DNA of 59,332 nucleotides from a virus (IMGVR_UViG_3300007522_000023:1-59332), one strand, 5' to 3'; positions 47,956-57,952 are shown, counted from the first letter of the stretch. Notes: a model not told the origin generated them from the letters alone. Numbers and translations are program-made.

Positions 47956-50900
47956 TTACTCTAACATTTTATCAATATCATCAATCATATTATCAATATC
48001 ATTATTAATTTTAATGTTTTTATCATAAACTTTAGTTTTCTCACCTTTATCTTTGTTGCTTGGCTTTACAGCCTCAATTAAGATATCAATAAATTTACTT
48101 TCGTATTTTTTGGTTCGTTTATTTAATTTAGCAGTTAAATTATTTTTCCTTTCAGTTAATTGTTTATCAATTCTTTTAATATTTTCAGATAATGTTGAAC
48201 CGAAATCTAAGTCTTCACCACCAGATTCTGCGCCAGTACCACCAGCTTCTCCACCTAATCCACCATCAGCACCCTCATCAGCACCCTCATCAGCAACCTC
48301 ATCAGCACCCCCATCTTCAGCATCACCGAAATCTAAGTCTTCACCACCAGTACCACCGCCACCAAATCCGCCACCAAATCCACCACCTAATCCGCCACCA
48401 CCAGTTTCTCCACCACCACCAGCTTCTACACCACCAGCTTCCCCACCAGCACCACCTTCTAAAGCAGCTTGGTAATCACCGTAAATTCTATCAACCGTAT
48501 CAAACATACCAGTATGTTTAATTACATTAGCCGTATTAGCTAATTCAGCAGCAGCAGCTTTCTCCATTCTTTGTTCAAGTAAATCTTGTTTAATTTCATC
48601 ATCAGACCAACCTAATATCTCTCTATGAGCACGAGTCCATGACATAGTACTAAATCCAGTTCCAATATCGGATGTTGCATCTTTAAGTAATGAAACTTTA
48701 AGTTGTAAGTTTTCAATTTTAAGCATTTCAGCTTGTGTTGATGGATTATTTAATGTAAGTGTGAAATTATCTAAATCATCCTCAAACCCTAAAATATATA
48801 AATGTATAATAGCAATCTTGTTAAGTTCTTGTAGCATAGATTGCTGTATTCTATTTATTGTTCTAGAAAAACGAACGTCTTGTATCGCTAAATTTTTACC
48901 ATCACCAGATGTCTCATCAAAACCTAAGAAAGGTTTAGGTACACGCAAAGCTGTAAATAAATTACTTCTTAAATATTCAATATCAGCAATTTGGTCTAAA
49001 TTACTGTTTTTCAAGTAGTTACCAGCTTCTGTTGCAAATGTATGATAATTATGGTATAATTCATCACCATCTACGGTAATTGTACCAGTATCTTCTTTAA
49101 CCTTTAACCATTCAATATTAACTATTTTATGATTATAGTTGGCTTCTTCAACAGATTTATTAGACTTTTCAATATAATATCTCCAAGCTATTACGTTCTT
49201 ATAACCTAACTCTTCAGCTGTTACTTTACACCAGTCTCTGTAATTCTTAAACCCACGTTCTTTAATCATCTTATCTAGATGATTACGTGTAAATTCATTT
49301 AGGTTTGTTAGTGAGCTTCTAATGTCTTTATTTGAATCCGTAAACTCAGTCATGAAATCTTCATTTGAATTTAGTTCAACCAATGTCAAATCAGCTTTAC
49401 CACAAAGTTTAAACATTTCAAAGAACATATTATAAAGTTTGTCACTAAATGTGATTGTTTGTTTCTTACTAAATACTTTACGTCTGTATTCGTCAGATTC
49501 CCAGTTTTCTTTGGCTATCTTAGAAAAACTTTCTTTAAATTCATCAGTTGATTTAGCTTTACTAATGGCTTCACCTCTTAACTTAATAATCCCATATTTA
49601 TTAAGATTATTATTAAATGTTTCATTAGATTTAATTCTAGAATTAATTGAATTTAATTTAGATTGTTCACCTCTAATTGATTTCTCATCTTCTGTTTGAT
49701 TAGAGATGAACTTATTAATACCTTTAGTTATTTTACGTATGTTTTCTTTAGCCTTATCTGGAGTAGACCATAACTCATGCCTATGGTATTGATAATGGTC
49801 TCTTGAATTCATTAACGTTAAATTTTTAGGTACATTATTAAATCTATCGTTATCAACATGGTGAATAGTTTTCATCTTAGTTTTATAATAATCACCTTCA
49901 AATGTAAAATAATTTTCTTTATTTTTATCTTTCATAAAACTATTAACCATTCTATGTGTGAACACCCATTCTTGTTTTAACGAATCCCATACTCTTTCAT
50001 ATTTTTTAGAATATTTCTTTTTTAGTATATATTCCTCATCTCTATAGAAAGGCATTAACGAATCACCAATAACTAAATCTTGAGCTTCAACGAACCCTTT
50101 GGTTCTATGCACCCATTTATGGTCTGGTGTAGTTGTAATCGACTCACCATTATCCAATGTTATTTTCATAACCTCAGTATTTTTTCTAGTTTCACCAGCC
50201 CAAGTAATAACACCTGGTGCAAGTGCACCAGAAATTGGGTCACATGAATAAACCCAAAGGTTTCTATTACCATTATTCCATTCAGTTATTATTTCATTTA
50301 ACTCTAATGTTCTACCATCTAATAATGGTATACGAGTATCTAATGCGATACAAGCACCAGGTAATGTATCGATAGGGTTAGGAGCATCTTCAGTTCTAAC
50401 TGGAATGAAAAAATCTTGGTCGTTCGATAATTGGTTATAACGCAAATCAATTTGACCAGTTTGTGGGTCAGTAATTGGCATACGTTTAAATCTATCAGCA
50501 ATAGTATTAACATACTGTTCAACATCTGCATCATCAATATTTCCAACATAAATTTTATATACACGTCTCTCTGGTGCCCTAGTAACACGATACACAAGCA
50601 TTGAATCCTCAGATAAAATAAGTTGTTTCCAAATACGTCTAGCTTTCTCTAATACAGAATTATGGACAACGATACCATTTGCATAAAAATTATGATTATC
50701 ATTTTCAACATATATATCGTATGTTTCGTGTTCACCACTTTCCTCAATTGATTTAATCGGTTCTAAAATAAAATCGTTAGTTAACCTATTACCAATTAAA
50801 TCATATTTATTTTTTTGCCTTATTATTGGAACATTAACATTATTTAGATTAATTTTATCAACAACCAATAAATCACCTACTTTAAAATCTAGCGTATTTT

Positions 50901-51870
50901 TATAATCGAATTTATTTAATTCGGTATTATAATACATTATCTTATGTTCTTTAGATGCGTCTATAAAATTATGTTTGGTACTAAGTTTATAAGTTTTTTT
51001 ATTACCAGAATTAATAGTATCCAATACTTTCGACAATACTTTAACTTGATTTATCTCATCAAATGAATAAACCATATCACCAATAACAATATCTTTTATC
51101 TCCTTATACCCCTCACTTGTCTCAACTCTAGAATTATATTTTAAACACGTACCATAAGGTAAACGTCTATCATCACCTAATAAACGGAAATGAGCAATTT
51201 GCCAAGAATTAAATTCAACATCACGACCTCTCCAAAAGAATTTAACTTTACCACTATCAGAACCTTCATCTATAGTAGTTTCTCGACCAGAAATCATATC
51301 AAATAATCCAAATTCTCTACGTTCCATCTCATAATTAGGCATCTGTTTACCACCTAATACACCTTGTGATTCATCTATATTTAAATATAAAAAATTATCA
51401 CCATATTTACAAGTATTTCTTGTCCACATAGGTAAAGACGTGTGTAAATCTAATCTATTGAAGAATAAATCCTCCAATATAGTTTTAACACGTTTACTAT
51501 CAGAATAAATATTAATCATTCTACCACTATCATTAACTGTGGTTGATTCTTCCATCATAACATCTAAAGCAGCCGCTATAATAGGATAAAATTCCATAGC
51601 CTCAAAATCAACATAAGAACCAATTCTAGTCGTTTCATAGTTAATAGATTGTTGGAATAAACCACTCTCTACCTTTTTCCATGTTTGACCTAAATATTTT
51701 TTTTGTTGTGCTTGTAATTTAGCAGTATCATACTCTTGTTTACTATTTGTTTTAAGTAATTCATTATCTCCTATGTTATATCTTTGAGACTGTTGTTTTT
51801 GAACTTTAATACCTTCTGGACTTACAACTTGTCCTAATCTTTGAAATAATGTTGAATTTTTATTTGACAT
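47956..51870 (-). CDS. gp20: Portal protein (T4 gp20-like) with two inteins; about 692 aa after splicing
   Basis: PYGT|S.LE.AR..WKQL.L.ED....YR..RAPERRV..I.VGN, DFF.P, IDTLPG, L..AL.VP, DVRF. Confidence 0.95.
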   Translation of the reverse strand: MSNKNSTLFQRLGQVVSPEGIKVQKQQSQRYNIGDNELLKTNSKQEYDTAKLQAQQKKYLGQTWKKVESGLFQQSINYETTRIGSYVDFEAMEFYPIIAAALDVMMEESTTVNDSGRMINIYSDSKRVKTILEDLFFNRLDLHTSLPMWTRNTCKYGDNFLYLNIDESQGVLGGKQMPNYEMERREFGLFDMISGRETTIDEGSDSGKVKFFWRGRDVEFNSWQIAHFRLLGDDRRLPYGTCLKYNSRVETSEGYKEIKDIVIGDMVYSFDEINQVKVLSKVLDTINSGNKKTYKLSTKHNFIDASKEHKIMYYNTELNKFDYKNTLDFKVGDLLVVDKINLNNVNVPIIRQKNKYDLIGNRLTNDFILEPIKSIEESGEHETYDIYVENDNHNFYANGIVVHNSVLEKARRIWKQLILSEDSMLVYRVTRAPERRVYKIYVGNIDDADVEQYVNTIADRFKRMPITDPQTGQIDLRYNQLSNDQDFFIPVRTEDAPNPIDTLPGACIALDTRIPLLDGRTLELNEIITEWNNGNRNLWVYSCDPISGALAPGVITWAGETRKNTEVMKITLDNGESITTTPDHKWVHRTKGFVEAQDLVIGDSLMPFYRDEEYILKKKYSKKYERVWDSLKQEWVFTHRMVNSFMKDKNKENYFTFEGDYYKTKMKTIHHVDNDRFNNVPKNLTLMNSRDHYQYHRHELWSTPDKAKENIRKITKGINKFISNQTEDEKSIRGEQSKLNSINSRIKSNETFNNNLNKYGIIKLRGEAISKAKSTDEFKESFSKIAKENWESDEYRRKVFSKKQTITFSDKLYNMFFEMFKLCGKADLTLVELNSNEDFMTEFTDSNKDIRSSLTNLNEFTRNHLDKMIKERGFKNYRDWCKVTAEELGYKNVIAWRYYIEKSNKSVEEANYNHKIVNIEWLKVKEDTGTITVDGDELYHNYHTFATEAGNYLKNSNLDQIADIEYLRSNLFTALRVPKPFLGFDETSGDGKNLAIQDVRFSRTINRIQQSMLQELNKIAIIHLYILGFEDDLDNFTLTLNNPSTQAEMLKIENLQLKVSLLKDATSDIGTGFSTMSWTRAHREILGWSDDEIKQDLLEQRMEKAAAAELANTANVIKHTGMFDTVDRIYGDYQAALEGGAGGEAGGVEAGGGGETGGGGLGGGFGGGFGGGGTGGEDLDFGDAEDGGADEVADEGADEGADGGLGGEAGGTGAESGGEDLDFGSTLSENIKRIDKQLTERKNNLTAKLNKRTKKYESKFIDILIEAVKPSNKDKGEKTKVYDKNIKINNDIDNMIDDIDKMLE
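49006..50352 (-). mobile_element. Intein with HNH endonuclease-like insert (449 aa), ends ...YLKN|S
   Basis: LPGA|CIALDTRIPLLDG ... TTPDHKW ... THR ... IHHVDNDRFNN..KNL ... HTFA...KN|SNLDQI. Confidence 0.92.
50659..51147 (-). mobile_element. Mini-intein without endonuclease (163 aa)
   Basis: PYGT|CLKYNSRVET ... ASKEH ... TYDIYVE..HNFYANGIVVHN|SVLEK. Confidence 0.95.
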
Positions 51871-51916
51871 AATATATTTTTATTTAATTATAGTTAAAAT
51901 TTATTAAAAATAAATG

Positions 51917-52177
51917 TTATAATACATAACCGCATTCAACATAAGCTGATTGCTCTTTTTGACCATTCACAACTTTAATATCGTACACATAAGTTACATA
52001 CCAATCTTGTCCTTGAGAATAAGGTACTGCATTACAAAATCTAGATTCTCCACCACCAGAATTGTTACTGTTAGCATTTGTATACTTATTGTTATATGAA
52101 TTTACAGGTCGGCACCACGAATATAAACCATTTACAGAACTTTTCTGTGCAAATATTTTTTTACAATTTTTTGACAT
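51917..52177 (-). CDS. Small Cys-containing hypothetical protein between terminase and portal (start revised to ATG 52177)
   Basis: MSKNCKKIF...ECGYVL, four Cys. Confidence 0.65.
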   Translation of the reverse strand: MSKNCKKIFAQKSSVNGLYSWCRPVNSYNNKYTNANSNNSGGGESRFCNAVPYSQGQDWYVTYVYDIKVVNGQKEQSAYVECGYVL

Positions 52178-52188
52178 TTTAAATATAT

Positions 52189-55100
52189 TTATTTTCTTCT
52201 TCCAAATAACCAAGCATACTCACCTTTTGGGTCTTGTATATTTTTATATGCCAAATGATTTGGATTTATTTTAACTTCAGATTTATTAGTCTCTTTATTA
52301 TAACTATTAGTAGTTGATGAAATTTGATTACCAGTAGCCCAACTATTTAATATTGCTTTGTTTTGTTTTTCTAATCTTTCCAAATTCTTAAATGAATGTT
52401 CCATTACCCAAAGACCCATACCCAATGACATAAGTAAATCATCGTGATATCCATCCATATGGTCTGGTCTACCATTTTTAAATATAAATGTTTTCATTTC
52501 TGAAATCATTCTAGTTGAACGAATCTTAATACCATTTGTTCTTATTTGATATTCTAGATTTGAAATCATTGGTACACGAACATTTGTTGCGTGAAAACCT
52601 GGTATTTTACTACCTTTATCATAAGACGTTAACTCTCTTTGTCTAGCAGAAAGTATTTTACCGTTATTACTATCATAATGTAAATATTTATAATCGAATT
52701 CTAATAATTTAAGTACCGTAGAAACACCCATACCACCAGTAACATCGACTACTGTATACGCTTTATATAGATTACCATACTCTTCAACAATTTGAGCTAA
52801 TAAATCTGGTTGTATTTTACCTTGATACTCTAAAACTTCCTCCATTGTGGTGAAATCTATAATAACGATAGTTGATGAATCCTCACTATCACCCCTAGAT
52901 ACATCACAATTATGGGTTGTTATATGGTGACACATAAAAGTATTAGTATCACATTCAAAATTATATACATTCCCAGTGAACTTATTCTTATTTATTTTTT
53001 TAACTCTAAAATAAATATAATCTTTATTATCATCAAAATGACAAGAACTAATGATTCGTTTATTCTTGGTATTAAAATCACCAATATCAAATTTATTTAA
53101 CTTAATATCATCAGTTTTATAAATTAATTTTATTAAATCCAAACTGTCATGATTACCTAAAGTTAAATTGTAGGTCTCGCTTTGTTGACATTCACGACCA
53201 CAAATTATTGTAATTTTAGCATCTCGTAACTTATCTAAACATGAAACAACTCCCAATGAAAAAATAATATCTTGTACCGACTCCAATAATTCTAAATTGG
53301 TACTAACAAAACTTACCTTAGAATATTTCTTCCCGTTTTTCTGAGTTTTAACCCAACACCCATCACTATCAAAATACCCTCTAATTAATTCTTTTTTATT
53401 TTCATCAGATATAAACTTAACCCATTCTGATATTTTTTTACCATGTGAGTATTGTCCGAAATTTTCTAATATGAAATAATATAAAAATTTAGAATTAAAC
53501 ACTAGTTCAAAAGTACTACCTTTATCGATAAATGATGGTGAACTTTTAAATAATCGTTTTATTATATCTTTACATTTCTCAATATAACCTTCATGTTTTT
53601 TATCAAAACATAACGATATTGCATATGAGTGTTTATTTTTATCTAACCACCCATCACCTAACCACATACCCATAAACCACCAAAAATCGTTCTCAAACAA
53701 TGGTGACTCAAATTCAAATTCACATCTGACAGCATTATCTATCTTCCATTTATTATTATAGCCACTTTTAATTGACTCTTTATAAATATTCGGCACCTTG
53801 ACCCAATCCCCAATCTCAACCTCTTCTACCCTAGTATAATTAAAATCAAAATCCCAATACCTATCATTAAATTTATATTCATCATTATTTTTATCATAAT
53901 TTCGTTTTAAATTAGATTTACTAATTAAAATTGGGTGTTCCTTAGTAAATGTTGTTGTTCTAAATGTATTATCCATTTGCATTTCAAACACATCTTCATC
54001 AACCACTTGGTAAATTTGTTTATTAATTATATTCACATAATTACCATCTTCACTTATTAACCTATCATTAATATCAACATCTTCAATATTTACCAATCCT
54101 TTATCGGTTAAGACTTTTTCATTCGGTGGTAAACATCCTAAAATATATTGGTGACCCTCAATAGGTTCTTCCCATATCCAAGTCTCTTGCTCTAGACCAT
54201 GCATATACTTAGGTTCTCTTACATTATTTTTATCTTGATATTCAATATACTCTTCATTAATAACGTTACCACCAGAACCAATAAATGACACATCTAATTC
54301 TTGTGCAATCATTTTTGAATCATTATTCATACCTAAACACATCTCTTCATACCAACTCGATGTAGGTTTCCACCCATCACTTATTCGTTCTGAATATGTT
54401 TTAAATGTAAACTCAACCTCTTTCTCCAAAAGGTCCCCTTTAATCCATCTAAGGTCTTTATTATAACGTAAATCTTCAAACCATCTCATCTCAACAATGT
54501 TGAAATTATTCTTTTTATTTTTAGCTTGGTCATAAGTCTTATAATATAAAGAATCCATACCATTAGGTGTTTGATGACCTAATATACCATTATAAATAAC
54601 GGAATGACACCAAAAATCATTAGTTTCGGGTAATGAAACATCATATGTTTTATTTTTAAGTTTTTCTAATTTAGTTATTGGAACCCATTTTGAATCTTTA
54701 AAATTAATTTTATCAATTGAATATCTGGATAAATCAAGATTTAAAACATTAATAAAATAATCTATAAATTCATTAAAAATATTTACTGATAAATTAGCTG
54801 TTTTGTTTTTATTAGAAATTCTAATTTTATTAACTAGTAAACCAGTGTTAGATAATTTTTTAACTAATTTATGTTCGTCTATAATATTTCTAATTATATT
54901 TTTACCGTTTGGTATTATTCTATATCCATTATTATATGATACTAATTTATTTTGGTCTCTTTTTATTTGTTTCCTATTAAATCTAAAACCAATGGTATCG
55001 TAATATTTATCCGCATCAATAGATGTTGATGAAAGTCTATAATATTGACTACTAACTTTAACTTTTTTAGTTGGTGATGTTATTCCTTCTGAATAATCAG

Positions 55101-57855
55101 TTAATATACCAAGATTTAAAAATAAAAACCTTATTTGTTGAATTAATTTTTTAGAGGATAAATTTATACCTACCCTACCTCTAATATTATCAGAATAACC
55201 ATCACCATCCATAATACCTTGTAACATAGCAATAATATTTTCACGCCCCATTTCAAGTAAACGTCTAGGTATTAATTTATTTGGTGCTTTTAAGGTTAAA
55301 TCAAAACCCAAATACTCTAACAAACTACCTAAATATTTAGATGAAATTTTATAGTGTAAATTATCGTGTGATGAATAATCAAACCCAGCATTAGATATGT
55401 ATGTACCAACATCATCACCACATGATATCGTAATATCACAACCAACAATAATACCATCAATATTTTTTGGTTTATAACAAGACCCTTCTGATAAATATAA
55501 ACCAATTAGATAAGCTAAATCAGTATTTATTTTATCATAAATTATTTTTGGTTTATTTTCTCTATTTGAAAACTCATAGGCAAAATCAATAGTATCGTTA
55601 TTACCGAAAATATTAAACGAATGTTGTACGTTAACATAATCACCAATTTCTAATTCACTAACCGTAAACCAATCATATTTGTTTTTTTTATTTGAATAAG
55701 ACCACAATTTATGTGTTTCAGTCGACTCAAGTTCTGAATTAGTAGTTGTTAATTTTATAGTTTCTTGAAAACCATTATTAACAATTAAATTTGATTTCCT
55801 AGATATATTATTTCCTCTAATATTATATTCTTTAACATAATAACCTAAATTAGGTATATCTGGTTCATCATAATTAATAATGTCTTTCATTTGTTGTAAA
55901 CCAGTATCAGTAAAAATAAAAGTATCTTCAGTAACACAGGATATAAGTGTTGCTCGACCCCCAGTATTATGACTTATAATACCGTTTGAAATAAATGAAT
56001 TTGTTTCTGGTACATGTAAATCATAAGTATAATCTTCTGACTCAGTTATAGAAATAATTTCATCAATATAAAATAATTCTTGTCTTTTTAATTGTTCAGT
56101 TAATGATAATAAAAAAGCATTATTTGGTAACAAGGATAATAAACGGTTTAATGATTCGACACTTAATCTATTTAAGTCTGATTTCCAAAATCTTTCTAAA
56201 AATCTAACTTTAGTTTTAACTATATTATTTATTTGTAAAACTTCTAAAATTTCTTTATTACTTACATTAACAAATCTTGAGTTTTGTTTCTTATTTAATA
56301 AAAATTGTTTATTATTTTGTTTTCTATCTAATCTAAAACCAATTTCGTCATAAAATTTAATTGCATAATTTGAATATATTTTTAAGTTGTAAATTTTACA
56401 AATATGTTTTTTATTTTTTAATATTGATGATTTAGATGTTTTTTGTTCTTCATATTTAACATGTGATATAATACCAAAATTAAACAATAAAGTTTGTAGA
56501 GTTTGAATTAGTTTTTTAGATGTACTTGAATATTTAATATCTTTTATAGTACTCATACCATCACCATCGAACATACCTTGTAAAAATGCTTTAATAACAT
56601 CTTTAGGCATCTTTAATAACGCTAAAGGTATTTCTTTATCCCTAGCGTTATGTTTATCCAATCCAAACATTTTAAACCATTCAATTAATTCGGTTGAGTG
56701 AAATTGATAATGGAGGTCATCAACTTTTTTAAATGCGTTACCTAAACAAGCTTTATCTGTTAATAGAAAATTTGTTATATAATCGTCAATATTTGTGATG
56801 GTAATACCTCTTGAATTAAAATTACCCTCAGCTACGAATAAACCTAATAAATAAGAAAAATCTAAATTGTCACCAAGCTTTTTAGGTATTGTGATGTTTT
56901 TATTATTTTTGGTTTTATTGAAAACAAAATTTACTTCACTATTATCACTAAAATAATTTTGACCATATTGAATTATTGGTTTGTCACCAATTTTTAATTC
57001 GTTCATACGAACCCAATTTTCAGTTCCATTCCTATCAATTAAGATAGGATGTTTCCAACTCCCCTCTAATTCAACGCCTAATTTAGTTTTTATTTTAAAT
57101 GTTTGACCATATTCACTAACAAAAGTTTGAGTTGCATTAACAATATCACCATCTTTATTACAAACTTTATGTGGTAACTCCAAATCAGTGAAACCTATTT
57201 TATCTTTTTCAGAAACTAATTCATCAAGTTGAATTAAACCATTTTCAGTTAAAATTAACGAATCTTTTGTTAAGCATCCTAAAGCTGTAAGTGCGGCACC
57301 AAAAACTTCAGCACCATTATCAATATATGCAGCCTCATCCATGATAAGAAATGTAGGTGTAAAACCCCTCAAAGCATCTTTAGATGTAGCAACCGCTTTA
57401 ACACGACTACCATTAGGTAATTTTATTTCTTTTTTTGAATCTGTAATAAAAATTGATTTGGCGTCCTTTTTAGCATCACCACAATACTCACTTCCCCATA
57501 CCCATCTAGGTAATTGACCAAGAAAATCTTTAATCTTAGCTAAGAATTCAAATGCAAGTTCTTGTTTATTGGCAATAATAAGTATATTCTCTGGGTTATC
57601 CCTATCACCAAAACCTACTTTGATTGACATATATGCAGCGGTTGTTGTTGATACACCAGCTTGACGTGGTTTTGTTACAATATTAAATCTATGTTTATCA
57701 TATGCTTTAATTATTTCTTTTTGTCTAGGAAATAATTTAAAAGGTACGAAACCTTCTTGCGTTTTATCGAACGTTTCTAAATATGTCTCAATAGCATGAA
57801 CAGAATCAGTAAGACAATGAGCATACTCTTGAAATATTTCTTGTGTTGTTAACAT
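52189..57855 (-). CDS. terL: Terminase large subunit (T4 gp17-like) with three inteins; about 586 aa after splicing
   Basis: F.LFPRQ, KPRQAGVS, LRG, LIMDEAA, IS|TPNG, QE...SF, G|CDVSRG..D.S, HDDLLMSL. Confidence 0.97.
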   Translation of the reverse strand: MLTTQEIFQEYAHCLTDSVHAIETYLETFDKTQEGFVPFKLFPRQKEIIKAYDKHRFNIVTKPRQAGVSTTTAAYMSIKVGFGDRDNPENILIIANKQELAFEFLAKIKDFLGQLPRWVWGSEYCGDAKKDAKSIFITDSKKEIKLPNGSRVKAVATSKDALRGFTPTFLIMDEAAYIDNGAEVFGAALTALGCLTKDSLILTENGLIQLDELVSEKDKIGFTDLELPHKVCNKDGDIVNATQTFVSEYGQTFKIKTKLGVELEGSWKHPILIDRNGTENWVRMNELKIGDKPIIQYGQNYFSDNSEVNFVFNKTKNNKNITIPKKLGDNLDFSYLLGLFVAEGNFNSRGITITNIDDYITNFLLTDKACLGNAFKKVDDLHYQFHSTELIEWFKMFGLDKHNARDKEIPLALLKMPKDVIKAFLQGMFDGDGMSTIKDIKYSSTSKKLIQTLQTLLFNFGIISHVKYEEQKTSKSSILKNKKHICKIYNLKIYSNYAIKFYDEIGFRLDRKQNNKQFLLNKKQNSRFVNVSNKEILEVLQINNIVKTKVRFLERFWKSDLNRLSVESLNRLLSLLPNNAFLLSLTEQLKRQELFYIDEIISITESEDYTYDLHVPETNSFISNGIISHNTGGRATLISCVTEDTFIFTDTGLQQMKDIINYDEPDIPNLGYYVKEYNIRGNNISRKSNLIVNNGFQETIKLTTTNSELESTETHKLWSYSNKKNKYDWFTVSELEIGDYVNVQHSFNIFGNNDTIDFAYEFSNRENKPKIIYDKINTDLAYLIGLYLSEGSCYKPKNIDGIIVGCDITISCGDDVGTYISNAGFDYSSHDNLHYKISSKYLGSLLEYLGFDLTLKAPNKLIPRRLLEMGRENIIAMLQGIMDGDGYSDNIRGRVGINLSSKKLIQQIRFLFLNLGILTDYSEGITSPTKKVKVSSQYYRLSSTSIDADKYYDTIGFRFNRKQIKRDQNKLVSYNNGYRIIPNGKNIIRNIIDEHKLVKKLSNTGLLVNKIRISNKNKTANLSVNIFNEFIDYFINVLNLDLSRYSIDKINFKDSKWVPITKLEKLKNKTYDVSLPETNDFWCHSVIYNGILGHQTPNGMDSLYYKTYDQAKNKKNNFNIVEMRWFEDLRYNKDLRWIKGDLLEKEVEFTFKTYSERISDGWKPTSSWYEEMCLGMNNDSKMIAQELDVSFIGSGGNVINEEYIEYQDKNNVREPKYMHGLEQETWIWEEPIEGHQYILGCLPPNEKVLTDKGLVNIEDVDINDRLISEDGNYVNIINKQIYQVVDEDVFEMQMDNTFRTTTFTKEHPILISKSNLKRNYDKNNDEYKFNDRYWDFDFNYTRVEEVEIGDWVKVPNIYKESIKSGYNNKWKIDNAVRCEFEFESPLFENDFWWFMGMWLGDGWLDKNKHSYAISLCFDKKHEGYIEKCKDIIKRLFKSSPSFIDKGSTFELVFNSKFLYYFILENFGQYSHGKKISEWVKFISDENKKELIRGYFDSDGCWVKTQKNGKKYSKVSFVSTNLELLESVQDIIFSLGVVSCLDKLRDAKITIICGRECQQSETYNLTLGNHDSLDLIKLIYKTDDIKLNKFDIGDFNTKNKRIISSCHFDDNKDYIYFRVKKINKNKFTGNVYNFECDTNTFMCHHITTHNCDVSRGDSEDSSTIVIIDFTTMEEVLEYQGKIQPDLLAQIVEEYGNLYKAYTVVDVTGGMGVSTVLKLLEFDYKYLHYDSNNGKILSARQRELTSYDKGSKIPGFHATNVRVPMISNLEYQIRTNGIKIRSTRMISEMKTFIFKNGRPDHMDGYHDDLLMSLGMGLWVMEHSFKNLERLEKQNKAILNSWATGNQISSTTNSYNKETNKSEVKINPNHLAYKNIQDPKGEYAWLFGRRK
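52909..54135 (-). mobile_element. TerL intein 3, LAGLIDADG (409 aa), nuclease domain
   Basis: YILG|CLPPNEKVLTDKG ... GMWLGDG ... RGYFDSDG ... VYNFE...TTHN|CDVS. Confidence 0.95.
54571..55938 (-). mobile_element. TerL intein 2, LAGLIDADG (456 aa), ends in His-Gln
   Basis: LIS|CVTEDTFIFT ... GLYLSEG ... QGIMDGDG ... TYDVSLP...NGILGHQ|TPNG. Confidence 0.93.
55966..57276 (-). mobile_element. TerL intein 1, LAGLIDADG (437 aa)
   Basis: TALG|CLTKDSLILTENG ... GLFVAEG ... QGMFDGDG ... TYDLHVP..NSFISNGIISHN|TGG. Confidence 0.95.
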
Positions 57856-57906
57856 ATCTTTTTAGATATAAATATCTATAACAACAGAAAACAACTATTC
57901 TAAAAT

Positions 57907-57932
57907 AAAAAAGGGTCATATAGACCCTTTTT
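57907..57932 (-). terminator. Intrinsic terminator (potentially bidirectional)
   Basis: AAAAAGGGTC-atata-GACCCTTTTT. Confidence 0.85.
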
Positions 57933-57952
57933 AATGTGTTTCATTACATATA

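Noticed and set aside
48053-48521. Pro-rich and His/Gln-rich plus-strand ORFs
   Set aside because: Antisense shadows of the Gly-rich portal tail.
1027-55003. Other short nested or antisense ORFs in the track (e.g. 1027, 6561, 8594, 10829, 18621, 29255, 34627, 41430, 45212, 54803)
   Set aside because: They lie within or across well-supported genes, show no motifs, and lack promoter or operon support.
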